Position numbers and translations under genes: made by a program
The notes under the pieces: model-generated
Seen by the model: only the letters and a program-made list of their open reading frames with translations
What the model was told of the DNA's origin: nothing
Database searches by the model: none
Shown: positions 28,675 through 38,707 of the stretch, in pieces
Numbering within the stretch: position 1 is the first letter of the stretch
Layout: each line of letters starts with the position of its first letter
NCBI GenBank assembly: GCA_963803435.1
Contig: CAWDML010000009.1
Location: forward strand, 96,001-160,000
DNA length: 64,000 nucleotides
Origin: an uncultured delta proteobacterium
Lineage (GTDB): Bacteria > Myxococcota > Kuafuiibacteriia > Kuafuiibacteriales > Kuafuiibacteriaceae
Reading direction: 5' to 3'

Positions 28675-30414
28675 ATGAGAAGTCATCACGTCGCCGCGGC
28701 GATTTTCCTCAGCGCGGCGATCCATGCTCAAGCCTGTTCGAAGGACCCGTCGACGTCGGCGGAGGACGAGCTCACGGCGCGCTCCGGGACCCTTCCCGGC
28801 ATCGAGCCGAGCAGTGACCCCTCGGGCCGCCGGTGCCTCCGCTTCACCCCGACCGAGGGCTGCCCGCCGCTCGAGACGCGCGATGCCGGCATGACCGGCG
28901 AGATGGACGCCGGCATGGCGGGGGACGCCGGGGCCGAGGTCGACGCCGGCACCAGCGTCGCGATGGACGCGGGCCAGCAGGTCCACGCGCCGGCCGTCTA
29001 CGGCTGGAACCTCGACTTCATCTACGGCGGCGGGTTCGTCTTCGCCGACAAGATGAAAATGGCGCGCCCGTGGGTCAGCTGCAGCGGCAGCACCTGGGAT
29101 GACGGGCGTGCGCTGGCGGTGGATGCGAACGGATGGCCGACGTCGCTCCTTGCGGGCCAGGAAGCGGCGACGCTGACGAAGGTGCACGGCGGCGGCCACT
29201 ACGTGGTCACCTGGACGGGCGCCGGCAGCGTGGACGTGCGCGATCACCTGGGGTTCGTCAGCCAGCAGCCGAACCGCGTGGTCGTCGATACCGAACCCGA
29301 GGCGCTCCTGCAGCTCCGGATCGTGCAGGTGCCGGTCCACAACCTCCAGGTGCGCAGGGAGGGCGCGCCGGCCAGCGACGTCTGGGATCCGATCTTCGTG
29401 CAGCGCCTCGCCGGCGCCGGCGTCGTTCGCTACATGCAGTGGGGTATGACCAACGGCGACGAGGGCGGCGTCCCGTCGACGTGGAGCGAGCGCAGCCAGC
29501 CCGACTACTTCACGCAGAATCAGAGGTTCGGCGTCGCGTACGAGCACATGATCGCGCTCAGCAACGATCTGGGCGTCGACGCGTGGATCAACGTGCCGCA
29601 CCTCGCGGACGACACGTACGTGCAGAACCTGGCGAACATGCTTCGGGACACGCTCGATCCCGGCCTCAAGGTCTACGTCGAGTGGTCCAACGAGGTCTGG
29701 AACGACAGCTTCCCGCAGGCGTTGTATGCGCGACAGATGGGCGCTGCGGCCGGTCTCGGCGGCGGCGACTCGCACCTGGCGCGCCTGCAGTATCAGTCGC
29801 GGCGAACGCGTCAGGTGTTCGAGATCTTCGAGCAGGTCTTTGCCGGGCAGATGAACCGCCTGGTGCGCGTGGTGGCGTCGCAGGAGGGCAACGACTGGAA
29901 CGACGCCCAGCTGATGGGCTTCGAGGGCCTGGCCGCGCACGCCGACGCCCTGGCGGTGGCGCCGTACTTCGGCCACAACGCGGGCCGCCAGCAAAACGCG
30001 CAGTCCGTGCGGAGCGGAGGCGTGAGCTGGGTGCTCGACTTCATGGAGCAGTCGGCGCTCCCACAGCTGATCTCCGAGATCCAGATGTCCGCGGCCTCGG
30101 CGAGCCAGTGGGGCGTGCCTCTCATCGCCTACGAGGGCGGACAGCACCTGGTGGCCGAGCCGTCGCTGCAAAACGACACCTCCATCACCTCGGTGCTGGA
30201 GGCGGCGCAGCGCGACCCGCGCATGTACGATCTGTACCGCCAGCTCCTCTCCGCATGGGATGCAGCGGGCGGCAGCTTGTTCGTCCACTACACGTACACC
30301 GGGACGTGGAACAAGTGGGGCTACTGGGGCGCGCTCGAGTCGAACGACTCCGCCCTGAGCTCCGACGGCGCACACAAGTATCGCGCGATCCTCGACTGGG
30401 CCGCGACGCATTGA
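28675..30414 (+). CDS. Secreted or lipoprotein glycoside-hydrolase-like protein (clan GH-A-like TIM barrel)
   Basis: Signal peptide with QAC and DAG linker. RYMQW..TN, GVAYEHMI.L.N....D.W.NVPH, VYVEWSNEVWN, A.APYFG, AYEGGQHL and RDPRMYDLY...L..W. Confidence 0.75.
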   Translation: MRSHHVAAAIFLSAAIHAQACSKDPSTSAEDELTARSGTLPGIEPSSDPSGRRCLRFTPTEGCPPLETRDAGMTGEMDAGMAGDAGAEVDAGTSVAMDAGQQVHAPAVYGWNLDFIYGGGFVFADKMKMARPWVSCSGSTWDDGRALAVDANGWPTSLLAGQEAATLTKVHGGGHYVVTWTGAGSVDVRDHLGFVSQQPNRVVVDTEPEALLQLRIVQVPVHNLQVRREGAPASDVWDPIFVQRLAGAGVVRYMQWGMTNGDEGGVPSTWSERSQPDYFTQNQRFGVAYEHMIALSNDLGVDAWINVPHLADDTYVQNLANMLRDTLDPGLKVYVEWSNEVWNDSFPQALYARQMGAAAGLGGGDSHLARLQYQSRRTRQVFEIFEQVFAGQMNRLVRVVASQEGNDWNDAQLMGFEGLAAHADALAVAPYFGHNAGRQQNAQSVRSGGVSWVLDFMEQSALPQLISEIQMSAASASQWGVPLIAYEGGQHLVAEPSLQNDTSITSVLEAAQRDPRMYDLYRQLLSAWDAAGGSLFVHYTYTGTWNKWGYWGALESNDSALSSDGAHKYRAILDWAATH

Positions 30415-30450
30415 GCGCTGGCTGGCCGCTCCCTTGCAGCGCCGATCCTC

Positions 30451-30849
30451 ATGGGACGGTTCGGCATTCGTGCGGCGATTGCGATCTTGGTGCTGCTCGG
30501 AGTGGGCGCGACGGCCATGGTCGTGTCCGCACAGCAGGAGTCGTTCATGGCAGCCTGCATCGATCGCGCGCACGAGGCGACGCTCCTCGACGAGAACGAG
30601 ATCATCTCGCTCTGTAACGGAGCGCCCTCCGAGGGTCCGGCGATCTGCTACGCCACGGCGCAGGTGATGACCACGCTCGACAACGTCGAAGGGATCAATC
30701 TTTGCCGTTGTGCGGCCTCGGAGCAGCCCGTCACGTGCTATCAAGCGCTGCGCGCCCGGACCAACCTGTTCATCGACCAGGCGATCGCGCTCTGCAGCGA
30801 CATCACGGTTCGCAATCTCTTCCCCAATTGCCAGCCGCGCGTCCGGTGA
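30451..30849 (+). CDS. Small secreted protein with three Cys-containing repeats
   Basis: Signal peptide. Repeats EIISLC.GA.S.GP..CY, EGINLC..A.S..P..CY and QAIALC. Confidence 0.7.
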   Translation: MGRFGIRAAIAILVLLGVGATAMVVSAQQESFMAACIDRAHEATLLDENEIISLCNGAPSEGPAICYATAQVMTTLDNVEGINLCRCAASEQPVTCYQALRARTNLFIDQAIALCSDITVRNLFPNCQPRVR

Positions 30850-30885
30850 CCTTCGCCTGGCGCGGCGTTTGCTCCTTCGACCTCG

Positions 30886-31516
30886 GTGCGGGCGTTCCTG
30901 ATCGGGTTCGGCATCGGCTTCGTGTCGTCGATTCCGCCGCTCGGTCCGGGTGCGCTGCTGGTGATGCGGCGCGGCCTCGAGGGACGGATCCGGGCCGGGA
31001 TGTGCGCCGCCATGGGCGGAGCGATCGCGGACGCCCTCTACTGCGGGCTGGCCGTGCTCGGCCTCAGCTTCCTGTACTACAGCCACCCGGACGTGGCGCT
31101 CTCGATGCGCTGGGCCGGCGTGGTGATCCTGGCCGGCGTCGGGATTCTGGTTCCTCACCCGAAGACCCGGAAGGACGGACGCCGAGAGGGGAGACGAGAA
31201 CGGGACGGGGCTCTTCGGGCACCTGATCCTCGGCTTCTCGCTCACCGGCTTCAACCCCGTCCTCTTGGTCACCTGGACCACGGCGGTGGCGATGGTCGCG
31301 TCGCTGGGCGGCGTCATCTTCTCCGGCTCCGGCCGCTTCACCTTCCCGCTCGGCGTCGGGATCGGCGACCTCGCCTGGTGCCTGATCCTGCTGGTGCTGC
31401 TCCGCCGTCTCGGGCGCGCGCTCTCCGACCGGACGCTCTACCGCCTCCTGCGGGCCATCGGCGTCGGGCTGCTGGGGCTGGCCGCCGTCTTCGCGATCAA
31501 GCTGGCGACGGCCTGA
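30886..31516 (+). CDS. LysE family translocator, frameshifted near 31150-31200
   Basis: GF..SIPPLGPG...V..RGL.G....G......G.A.AD. Continues in another frame as LILGFSLTGFNP.LL.TW...G.GIGDLAW. Confidence 0.8.
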
Positions 31517-32318
31517 GATCTCCCTCGAGGCTCGCGTCCAGCGCGCCTCCGAGCAGGATCGAGAACGCGGACAGGAACAGCCACAGCATCAGGATGATCA
31601 CGGCCCCGAGCGATCCGTAGACGCGGTTCACGTTTCCGAAGTGCGCCACGTAGACCGACAGCCCCACGGAGGCGCCCAGCCAGAGGATGGTGGCCGCGAC
31701 CGATCCGACGCTCGCCCATTTCCAGCGCGCCGCTCGTCGGTCGGGACCGATCCGATAGATCGCCGCGATTCCGATCATCAGCAGGAGGATCGTGACGGGC
31801 CAACGCCCCACCGCGATCGCCGTCCGCGCCGCCTCCCCCAGGCCGAGCAATCCCAGCGAGCGCGGAAGCACCGTGATCATCGCGATCAGCACCAGCGAGA
31901 ACCCAACCAGGACCGCGGTCATCAGCATCGACTCTGCGTTCAGCACCAGGAAGCTGCGCGTCTCTCGCTCGCCGTACACGATGGTGAGGGCCTCGAAGAG
32001 GCCTTTGGTCGCCTTGTTCGCGCTCCATAAGGCCAACACGATGCCGACGACCGCGCTCAAGCTGAGCGCGTTCGACGAGCTCGACACCAGCATCTGGAGC
32101 TGATCCGCGATCACCGAGCGCGCCTGCTCCGGCAGGACCCGGCCGATCGACCGGATCTGGGTCTCCACGGTCGCCGGATCCGACACCAGACCGTAGATCG
32201 ACAGCATGGCCGCCAGCGTCGGGAAGAGCGACAGGAAGGCGTAGAACGCCACGCCGGCGGCGATGAGGGAGAGGTTGTGCTCTTTGATCCGGTGCAACGT
32301 CCGAACTGCCACGTTCAC
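31497..32318 (-). CDS. YihY/virulence factor BrkB family membrane protein
   Basis: AAGVAFYAFLSLFP, LWSA.......L...Y.E.E.R, YR.GP and YGSLGAVI.LMLWL. Confidence 0.92.
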   Translation of the reverse strand: MNVAVRTLHRIKEHNLSLIAAGVAFYAFLSLFPTLAAMLSIYGLVSDPATVETQIRSIGRVLPEQARSVIADQLQMLVSSSSNALSLSAVVGIVLALWSANKATKGLFEALTIVYGERETRSFLVLNAESMLMTAVLVGFSLVLIAMITVLPRSLGLLGLGEAARTAIAVGRWPVTILLLMIGIAAIYRIGPDRRAARWKWASVGSVAATILWLGASVGLSVYVAHFGNVNRVYGSLGAVIILMLWLFLSAFSILLGGALDASLEGDLRPSPA

Positions 32319-32331
32319 GGCAAACCTCGAT

Positions 32332-32676
32332 TCACACGAGGACCGGGACGTCGCGCGCCAGCGAGGCGAGCAGGAGCCGATGGCGATCGATCCGATGCAC
32401 CATCAGGATCGCCACACCCGCGTCGACCGAGCGCACGCGCGCCGTCAGCTCAATGTTGAGCTCGAGGCCGCAGATGCGGAACCGGATCGAGCGGCGCTCC
32501 TGGGCCCGGAGGCCGCCGCCCCGAACGGGGAGGACGCCATGGCACAGGTACGTGTCGTAGATGCGTTGATAGTCGCGGTTCGAGTCGATCCGGACCGTCT
32601 GACCGTCGTGCTCGAGGAACGGCAGTCGCGCGGGGATCCCGCCAGAGGTCGCTCGCATGGTTCGATTCGACCGCAA
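32332..32676 (-). CDS. Small PilZ-like protein, start uncertain
   Basis: Y...Y...L..G.L.V.......F.I......IEL.ARV pattern typical of myxobacterial PilZ-like domains. Confidence 0.45.
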   Translation of the reverse strand: MRSNRTMRATSGGIPARLPFLEHDGQTVRIDSNRDYQRIYDTYLCHGVLPVRGGGLRAQERRSIRFRICGLELNIELTARVRSVDAGVAILMVHRIDRHRLLLASLARDVPVLV

Positions 32677-32710
32677 GCGTCGTGCCGGTAGCCGGTGCAG
32701 ACCGTGCGCG

Positions 32711-34660
32711 TCAAGGCGGTCGCGCGCGGAGCCGCGTGCGCGGGCGGCGCTCGACCGTACGCGCGATCAGCAACGCTGAATCGGCGAGATCCTTGAGCGC
32801 TGCGCGAGGTGTGACCTTGGCCTTGTTCTCGCGATCGAGGTCCGCGCCTCGGTCGAGCAGGACCGCGGCGACCGGGTTGCTGGCGGCGCGGACCGCCAGG
32901 TGCAGCGGCGTATCGCCGGCCTTGTCCATCGCGTTGACCGCTGCGCGCCGATCGAGCAGCGCCGTCACCATCTCGACGTTCGCCGCCGCCACCGCCCAGT
33001 GGAGCGGCGTGGCGTCGTTCGCGTCCTGCAGGTCGACCCGCGCGCCGTGCGAGAGCAGGAGCTTGAGCGCTTTCCCGTCGCCGCCGTCGATGATCTTCTT
33101 CATCTGATCCGCGGTCAGCGTCTTGGCCATGGTCGAGACGTCGTAGGTCGCCTTGGCTCCGTCGATGATCGCTCTCAGCTTCTCGGCCCAGGGGCCCGGC
33201 TCTTCGAGCACGCGCGTGATCTCGCGTTGATCGCGCTCCTTGCAGGCCTCGTCGATGAGCCGGTTGGTATCGGCGTGCGCGTCGACCAGCTCGCGGGCGA
33301 GGGCGCGCTCGAAGTCACGGAACCACTCGAAGGTCGCGTCGCCCAGGCGGCCGGCCAGGCCGGGGAAGGTGTTGGCGACGACGCAGTTCCCCGCGATCTG
33401 CTTGAGCGTCGACCTGCCTCGGGCCCGGTACTCGCTCTCCACCGAATCGCCCGCGCCGGTCGCCTTCTTCACGTCGCTCTTGAACTCGGCGACGCGGGCG
33501 TAGAAGTCTTCCTCGTTCGTCTCGGGGCTGGCGCGCACCAGCAGCACGTCGCGCACGAAGGCCTGGAGCGCTGCGCCGCCCTCGTCAGATTGAAGGTACG
33601 TGGTCGGGACGTGGAACGCGCGGCTGTAGACCTGGCTCCCGTCATGGTCGTGCGCCTTGCTCGAGCCGGCCCCCAGGTTGTCGATCCGGATGAGCAAGGT
33701 GTCCTGCGGATGGCCGGCCTGGCGGTTCGCTTCCACGCGCGTCAGGCCGCAGTAGAACGCGTGGCCCGTCCAGCCGAAGGCGAGCGCGGTCTCGGCGAGC
33801 GGCGGCGCCCGCCCGACGCGGGCCAGCACCTGGCGCGCCTCCAGCGTCATCGCCCTCTCGCGGATCTGCTCCTTGCCGCACTTGCTGGTGGCCGTCGCCC
33901 GACGTGCGGTGCGCAGGAGATCGAGCTGAACCTCGATCTCTCGGATCAGCGACGACCGCATCTCCTTCGGGGCGACCAGGGTGGCCCGCATCAGCGCGCG
34001 GACCCGGTGCGGTACGAACTGATCCTGCCACCAGCCCTCGCTCTTCACGTCGAGGACCATCCCCTTGACGGCCTCGAGGTGCGTCCGATTCTTCACGATG
34101 TCGGCGGGCGTATTGAGCTCGCTGACCGGGATCCCGCACAGGCCGGCTGCGGCCTCGTCGATCGCGGCGGCCGCCTTGCCGGCGAGCCCGGCCAGCTTCG
34201 CTTCGATCTCTGCGGTCGAGTACCAGCTCCCCTCGTCGTCCGTCTGTGCGAGCGCATGCTCGAAGAGGAACTGCGCCGTCTTCGGGTGCTTCTCGGCGGC
34301 CAGATGACCGCCGAGGAGACCCCGCCGGTTGCTCGCCAGATGATCGGGGTGAAACTCCTCGAGGGCCTCGGCCACCATGACCGCGCCCTTGGCGGCGATG
34401 ACGTGGATCGGCGCGTCGCCGTCGGCGTTCTTCGCGTTCACCTCGGCCGGCCGGGCTTTCAGGTGACGCCGGAGCCCGCGGGTGTCGTACTGCTCGATGA
34501 GCCGGTGGACCTCCGGGCCGGCCGCCGCTGCCTTCTTCTTCGCGCCGTTGACCCGGTCGTAGCCGTCCCGGCGCCGGGCCTTCTTCTTCTTGGGCGGATC
34601 GCCGCCCTCGAGAGAGACGAGGCGGGTGCCCCGCGCGCGAGCTGCGGCGGTCCCGGTCAC
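32711..34660 (-). CDS. Ankyrin-repeat protein with a central putative cysteine-protease-like domain
   Basis: N-terminal ANK (GDAPIHVIA) and C-terminal ANKs (ATPLHWA, GDTPLHLA). Central GWTGHA...IRIDNLGAG...QIAGNCVVAN. Confidence 0.85.
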   Translation of the reverse strand: MTGTAAARARGTRLVSLEGGDPPKKKKARRRDGYDRVNGAKKKAAAAGPEVHRLIEQYDTRGLRRHLKARPAEVNAKNADGDAPIHVIAAKGAVMVAEALEEFHPDHLASNRRGLLGGHLAAEKHPKTAQFLFEHALAQTDDEGSWYSTAEIEAKLAGLAGKAAAAIDEAAAGLCGIPVSELNTPADIVKNRTHLEAVKGMVLDVKSEGWWQDQFVPHRVRALMRATLVAPKEMRSSLIREIEVQLDLLRTARRATATSKCGKEQIRERAMTLEARQVLARVGRAPPLAETALAFGWTGHAFYCGLTRVEANRQAGHPQDTLLIRIDNLGAGSSKAHDHDGSQVYSRAFHVPTTYLQSDEGGAALQAFVRDVLLVRASPETNEEDFYARVAEFKSDVKKATGAGDSVESEYRARGRSTLKQIAGNCVVANTFPGLAGRLGDATFEWFRDFERALARELVDAHADTNRLIDEACKERDQREITRVLEEPGPWAEKLRAIIDGAKATYDVSTMAKTLTADQMKKIIDGGDGKALKLLLSHGARVDLQDANDATPLHWAVAAANVEMVTALLDRRAAVNAMDKAGDTPLHLAVRAASNPVAAVLLDRGADLDRENKAKVTPRAALKDLADSALLIARTVERRPRTRLRARPP

Positions 34661-34720
34661 AGCTCGTTATCGGCGCACGGCCCTGGACATTGCGTGACGT
34701 CGGTCATCCGGCGGAGCCGG

Positions 34721-36913
34721 CTATTCGAGGAGGAAGCGCAGCGTATGGGCGCCGATCAGCGCGTCGTGGCGGAGGGTCCCGCCTTCGATCGGCTGGCCGT
34801 CGAGCTCCACGCGAACAGGGGATCCGGTGCCCTCGCGGGTCACGACCAGGGTCCCGCCGGCGAGGTCGAGCTCCATCCGATCGAAGCGTGGCACGCCCAG
34901 GACGTAGCGATCGCTGCCGGCGATCGGATAGAAGCCGGCCGCCGAGAACACGTACCACGCGGAGAGGGTGCCGCCGTCGTCGTTGCCATCGAGGCCGTCC
35001 GGTCCGGCGCGATACTTCGAGTCCATGATCCAGCGGACCCAGCGCGCGGTGAGATCGGGTCGACCCAGCTCCGAGAACATGTACGCGGCGTGGATGTCGA
35101 CCTCGTTGCCGTGCCAGTACCAGAGATCCGGGAAGATGGTGTCCTCAGCGGCGGCGGCGTTCTCGAAGAAGCCGCTGAGATAGTCGATCAGGCGATCGGG
35201 ACCGCCCATCGCCTCGCCGAGCCCTTGCACGTCGTACGGGACGTAGACGGTCCACTGGCGTGCGTTGCCCTCGACGAACTCGTCCGAGAAGAGCTCGGGA
35301 TCGAAGTCCGGATCGAAGTCGCCGGCGCTGGTCTTCGCCTGCGTGAAGCCGGTGTCGGCGTTGAAGACCTTGCGCCATCCCTGGGCGCGCGCGTGGAAGC
35401 GTTCGGCGTCGTCGGTTCGGTCCAGCGAGACCGCCAGGTTCCCCAGCATCCAGTCGTTGTATGCGTTCTCGAGCGTGTCGGAGGTCGACTCTTCACCCCA
35501 ATCCGCCGGGCAGTACCCGAGCGACAGATAGCTGTCGATGCACTCGCGCCCGGCCCGGGTCACGCCCTGAGCCTCAATCGGCCCGTCGGCGGCCGCCACC
35601 AGGTGGGCGTACATGGCGTCGACGTCGAAGCCGCCGACACCGCGCAGGTGCGCGTCAATCAGCATCGACTCGCCGTGATTGCCGAGCATCGCCCAGGTGT
35701 TCCCGTGCGCGAGAGGCCAGCGCGGGAGGTGCCCGCCGTCCTCCAGCATGCGCGCCAGCGATCGGTTGAAGCGCTCCTGGATCGCCGGCGTGAGCAGCGA
35801 GAACAGCGGGTGCGCGGTGCGGAACGTGTCCCAGAGGGAGAAGTCCGAGTAGTACGGGAAGTCGACCTCGCCGACCTTTCCGCCGACGCCACGATAGCGG
35901 CCGTCGGGATCGGAGAGCAGCGTCGGCATCTGATACGCATGATAGAGGGCCGAGTAGAGCTCGGTCCGATCGGCGTCGCTGCCGCCTTCGACGCGGACCT
36001 TGGAGAGGATCGTGTCGCGCCAGGCCTCCCGAGCTTCGGCGGTGGTCTTCTCGAAGTCGAAGTCGGCCCACTCGGCGTCGAGGGCGCGCCGGGCGCTGGC
36101 CTCGTCGACGAACGACAGCCCAATCTGCACGAGCACCGGAGCGCCCGGCTCGCCGAAGTCGAGGAGCGCGGCGCTGGTCGGGCCGGTCACCGCGCTGGCG
36201 CCGGGGACCTCGGCGGTCTCCGAGAACACGCGGACGCTCGGCGTGGCGGAGAAGCGCATCGCGAAGTAGAGCGAGAAGCCGCCGTAACGGCCGCTGAGAA
36301 TCGCCCGCGTGGAGGAGGTAGCCGACCAGCGCGCCGTCGGTGAACGCGAGCCGCGCGTCCTTCGTCTCCCCCCGCCCAGCCCGTGGGCGAGGTCGACGAC
36401 CAGCCCGGCGGGTCGCCCCGCGGGATAGCCGAGCCGATAGAGCGCCGTCCGGGGCGTGGCGGTGATCTCGACCTCCACGTCGCTGTCGAGGAGGTGCACG
36501 GCGTACGCGCCCACCGACGCGTGCTCCAGGTGGTGATCGAAGCGGTCGCGATAGAAGCGCTCCTTGAGCGCGCCGTCGAGCGCCTTCGTCACCGGCATGA
36601 TCATCAGCGCGCCGTAGTCGGGCACGCCGGTTCCGGAGAGATGGATCTGGGAGAAGCCGCGGATCTGATCGTCCTCGTAGTAGTAGCCGGCGCAGTGCGA
36701 GAAGCCGGGCGCGCCGCCGTTCCGGGCGGTGTCGGGCGCGGGGTTCGCGAGCCCGAAGGGGTGCTTCGGTCCAGGGACGATGCTGCCCACGCCGAAGCCG
36801 AGCCCGCCGGTCCCGATGAAGGGATCGACCGCGGTGAGCGGATCGAAGGCCGTGCTCGTGTCGGGATCGCTGCAGGCGAAGAGGAGGAGGGGGAGGGCGA
36901 CTTCAGGGCGCAT
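34721..36913 (-). CDS. GH92 family alpha-1,2-mannosidase, lipoprotein (compensating indels near 36300-36370)
   Basis: VDPFIGTGG, PG...PFG....PDT, GFSQ.HLSGTG, SLWDTFR..HPL, M.G.H, FVEGN, HGNE and GNDDGG.LSAWYVFSA.GFYP. Confidence 0.93.
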   Translation of the reverse strand: MRPEVALPLLLFACSDPDTSTAFDPLTAVDPFIGTGGLGFGVGSIVPGPKHPFGLANPAPDTARNGGAPGFSHCAGYYYEDDQIRGFSQIHLSGTGVPDYGALMIMPVTKALDGALKERFYRDRFDHHLEHASVGAYAVHLLDSDVEVEITATPRTALYRLGYPAGRPAGLVVDLAHGLGGGRRRTRGSRSPTARWSATSSTRAILSGRYGGFSLYFAMRFSATPSVRVFSETAEVPGASAVTGPTSAALLDFGEPGAPVLVQIGLSFVDEASARRALDAEWADFDFEKTTAEAREAWRDTILSKVRVEGGSDADRTELYSALYHAYQMPTLLSDPDGRYRGVGGKVGEVDFPYYSDFSLWDTFRTAHPLFSLLTPAIQERFNRSLARMLEDGGHLPRWPLAHGNTWAMLGNHGESMLIDAHLRGVGGFDVDAMYAHLVAAADGPIEAQGVTRAGRECIDSYLSLGYCPADWGEESTSDTLENAYNDWMLGNLAVSLDRTDDAERFHARAQGWRKVFNADTGFTQAKTSAGDFDPDFDPELFSDEFVEGNARQWTVYVPYDVQGLGEAMGGPDRLIDYLSGFFENAAAAEDTIFPDLWYWHGNEVDIHAAYMFSELGRPDLTARWVRWIMDSKYRAGPDGLDGNDDGGTLSAWYVFSAAGFYPIAGSDRYVLGVPRFDRMELDLAGGTLVVTREGTGSPVRVELDGQPIEGGTLRHDALIGAHTLRFLLE

Positions 36914-37646
36914 GGCTTCGCTCGAAGAAGGCGGTCCCTCCCACGGTCATGATGGAGCGGCCGCCGTCGACGAAGCGTGAACGATGCCAGAAGTTTCGGG
37001 GATCCGACATCAGCTCGATGGCTCGCTTTTCGCCACCGATCTCCCGAATCTCGGTGGTCTGGTCCTCGTGGCGTTCGAGGAAGGAGAGTTGGATCACCCC
37101 CTCCTTTCGCACATACGAGAAGGCCTCGGTGCTCCATTCGTCGAAGTCGCCCTGGTGGTACCAGCCGTGTCCGCGTCCGCCCGCGTCGGGCGGCTGGAAC
37201 TGATAGATCCGGAACGCCATCCCCCCCGTGGCGAACGTCCGGGTCTCGGTCCACATGCGCGCGAAGGGATGATCGCCGGCGAGCGCGCCTGGGAGCGGGC
37301 CCTCGAGCTTTCGGTAGCGCGTGGGACCGGGCTCCCGCGGATCGTTGTCGAGGCAGAGCCAGCGCTGTCCGCCGTCGCGCTCGAGCCGGAAGGCGACCCG
37401 ATCGGTCTCACCGGTCTTGCGGAACTGGAGGACCAGCGCGCCGTCGTCGATGCGGTAGTCGTACGAGTGCGTGTTGTTGAGACGGCGGCGGCCGTAGCGA
37501 TAGAGCCCGATGCCACCGGAGTGGAAGTAGTAGAAGCGGAGCTCCCCGTGGGTGCTCTCCTTGAGCCAAAGGCCGCGGAGGTCGGGGGCCTGGAACGAGC
37601 CGAAGGTGGTGAAGGCGGTGAGGGCGGTGAGCAGCGTGAGGCTCAT
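36903..37646 (-). CDS. Secreted hypothetical protein with two similar beta-rich halves
   Basis: Signal-like N-terminus. W.......FYYF...G.G.Y and W.......IYQF....G.G.Y internal duplication. Confidence 0.7.
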   Translation of the reverse strand: MSLTLLTALTAFTTFGSFQAPDLRGLWLKESTHGELRFYYFHSGGIGLYRYGRRRLNNTHSYDYRIDDGALVLQFRKTGETDRVAFRLERDGGQRWLCLDNDPREPGPTRYRKLEGPLPGALAGDHPFARMWTETRTFATGGMAFRIYQFQPPDAGGRGHGWYHQGDFDEWSTEAFSYVRKEGVIQLSFLERHEDQTTEIREIGGEKRAIELMSDPRNFWHRSRFVDGGRSIMTVGGTAFFERSHAP

Positions 37647-37658
37647 GCCCTCAGCGTA

Positions 37659-38429
37659 TCATCCGATCGCCTGCACCTTCTGCTTCTCGCGCTCCTCGAG
37701 GACCCGGTGGATATACTTCACGCCGTTGTCGAAGCAGTTCTGCATCATGTCGCTGAGCAGCGACTCCATCGACTTCTTGTTGAGGCGCAGCGTGTCGTAA
37801 TAGCGCTGGCGCTCCGTGGCGTGGAAGATCACCGGCATGTAGCCGTGGCGAAGCAGGATGTAGTTCACCAGCAACCGCCCGGTCTTCCCGGTGTGCTCCG
37901 AGAACGGGAAGATGCTCATGTACTCCCAGTGGAACTGCGCCGCGAAATGCATGGCGTCGTCGTCCTCGGGATCGTTCTCGGCGGCCCAATCCAGGAGCTT
38001 CGCGATCCGGCTGGGGATGGCGTTCGGCTGGGCGATGTCGTGGAAGTAAGCCCGGTGTAGCGGGATGTCCTTCCGGTAGCGGGCCGGTTGGAACTCGGGA
38101 TCGCTGCTGCCCAGCACGGCGTGGATCCGCCGAACCAGGGCCATGTCGATCCGGCTCCCTTCCTTCGCCTCCCGCTTGATCAGCTCGATCCCCAGCCTCT
38201 GGTTGCGGATATCCGCATAGGTTTCGGGCGCCAAGGGTCGCCCTTTGAGCGCGGAGGTGAGCTCCGCGTGTGTGAGTACGATGCCCTCCAAGGCGTTCTC
38301 GTGGTAAATCCACGAAAGCTCGAACTTATCGAGAAAGTCGTTCCAGATATCCGGGTACTCCCCCGCGAGGTCTCGAAGATCTTCACAGCGATCGTCGATG
38401 TCCCGGTAGCTCTCCCGCGTCATCCCCAT
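37659..38429 (-). CDS. Fic-family protein with a non-canonical active-site motif
   Basis: WIYHENALEG (inhibitory-helix position), AA.FH.EY..IFPFSEHTGKTGRLL.NY.L...GY.P and R.RYY..L. Confidence 0.85.
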   Translation of the reverse strand: MGMTRESYRDIDDRCEDLRDLAGEYPDIWNDFLDKFELSWIYHENALEGIVLTHAELTSALKGRPLAPETYADIRNQRLGIELIKREAKEGSRIDMALVRRIHAVLGSSDPEFQPARYRKDIPLHRAYFHDIAQPNAIPSRIAKLLDWAAENDPEDDDAMHFAAQFHWEYMSIFPFSEHTGKTGRLLVNYILLRHGYMPVIFHATERQRYYDTLRLNKKSMESLLSDMMQNCFDNGVKYIHRVLEEREKQKVQAIG

Positions 38430-38707
38430 TGAGTGATCTCCCCAAGTATGCGGCGCCCGCACTGTTTCACGGTGTCTCCCACCGGAGGTCCGTGACCATA
38501 AGAGCGCGATCTCACGATACGGATCTGCGATATCGAGCGCGTTGAATACCTGTCAACTGAGGCACCAGGCACCGCTGTAGCCACTATGTCCTACATGTAA
38601 GCGCCTGAACTCGTTGCTAAATCCCTTGCCGTCCGTGAAACACTCACCTGGACCTAAAAGGCTGTTCAGGGAGCCCATTTGCCACGATAATCCACAAACT
38701 TAGGATG

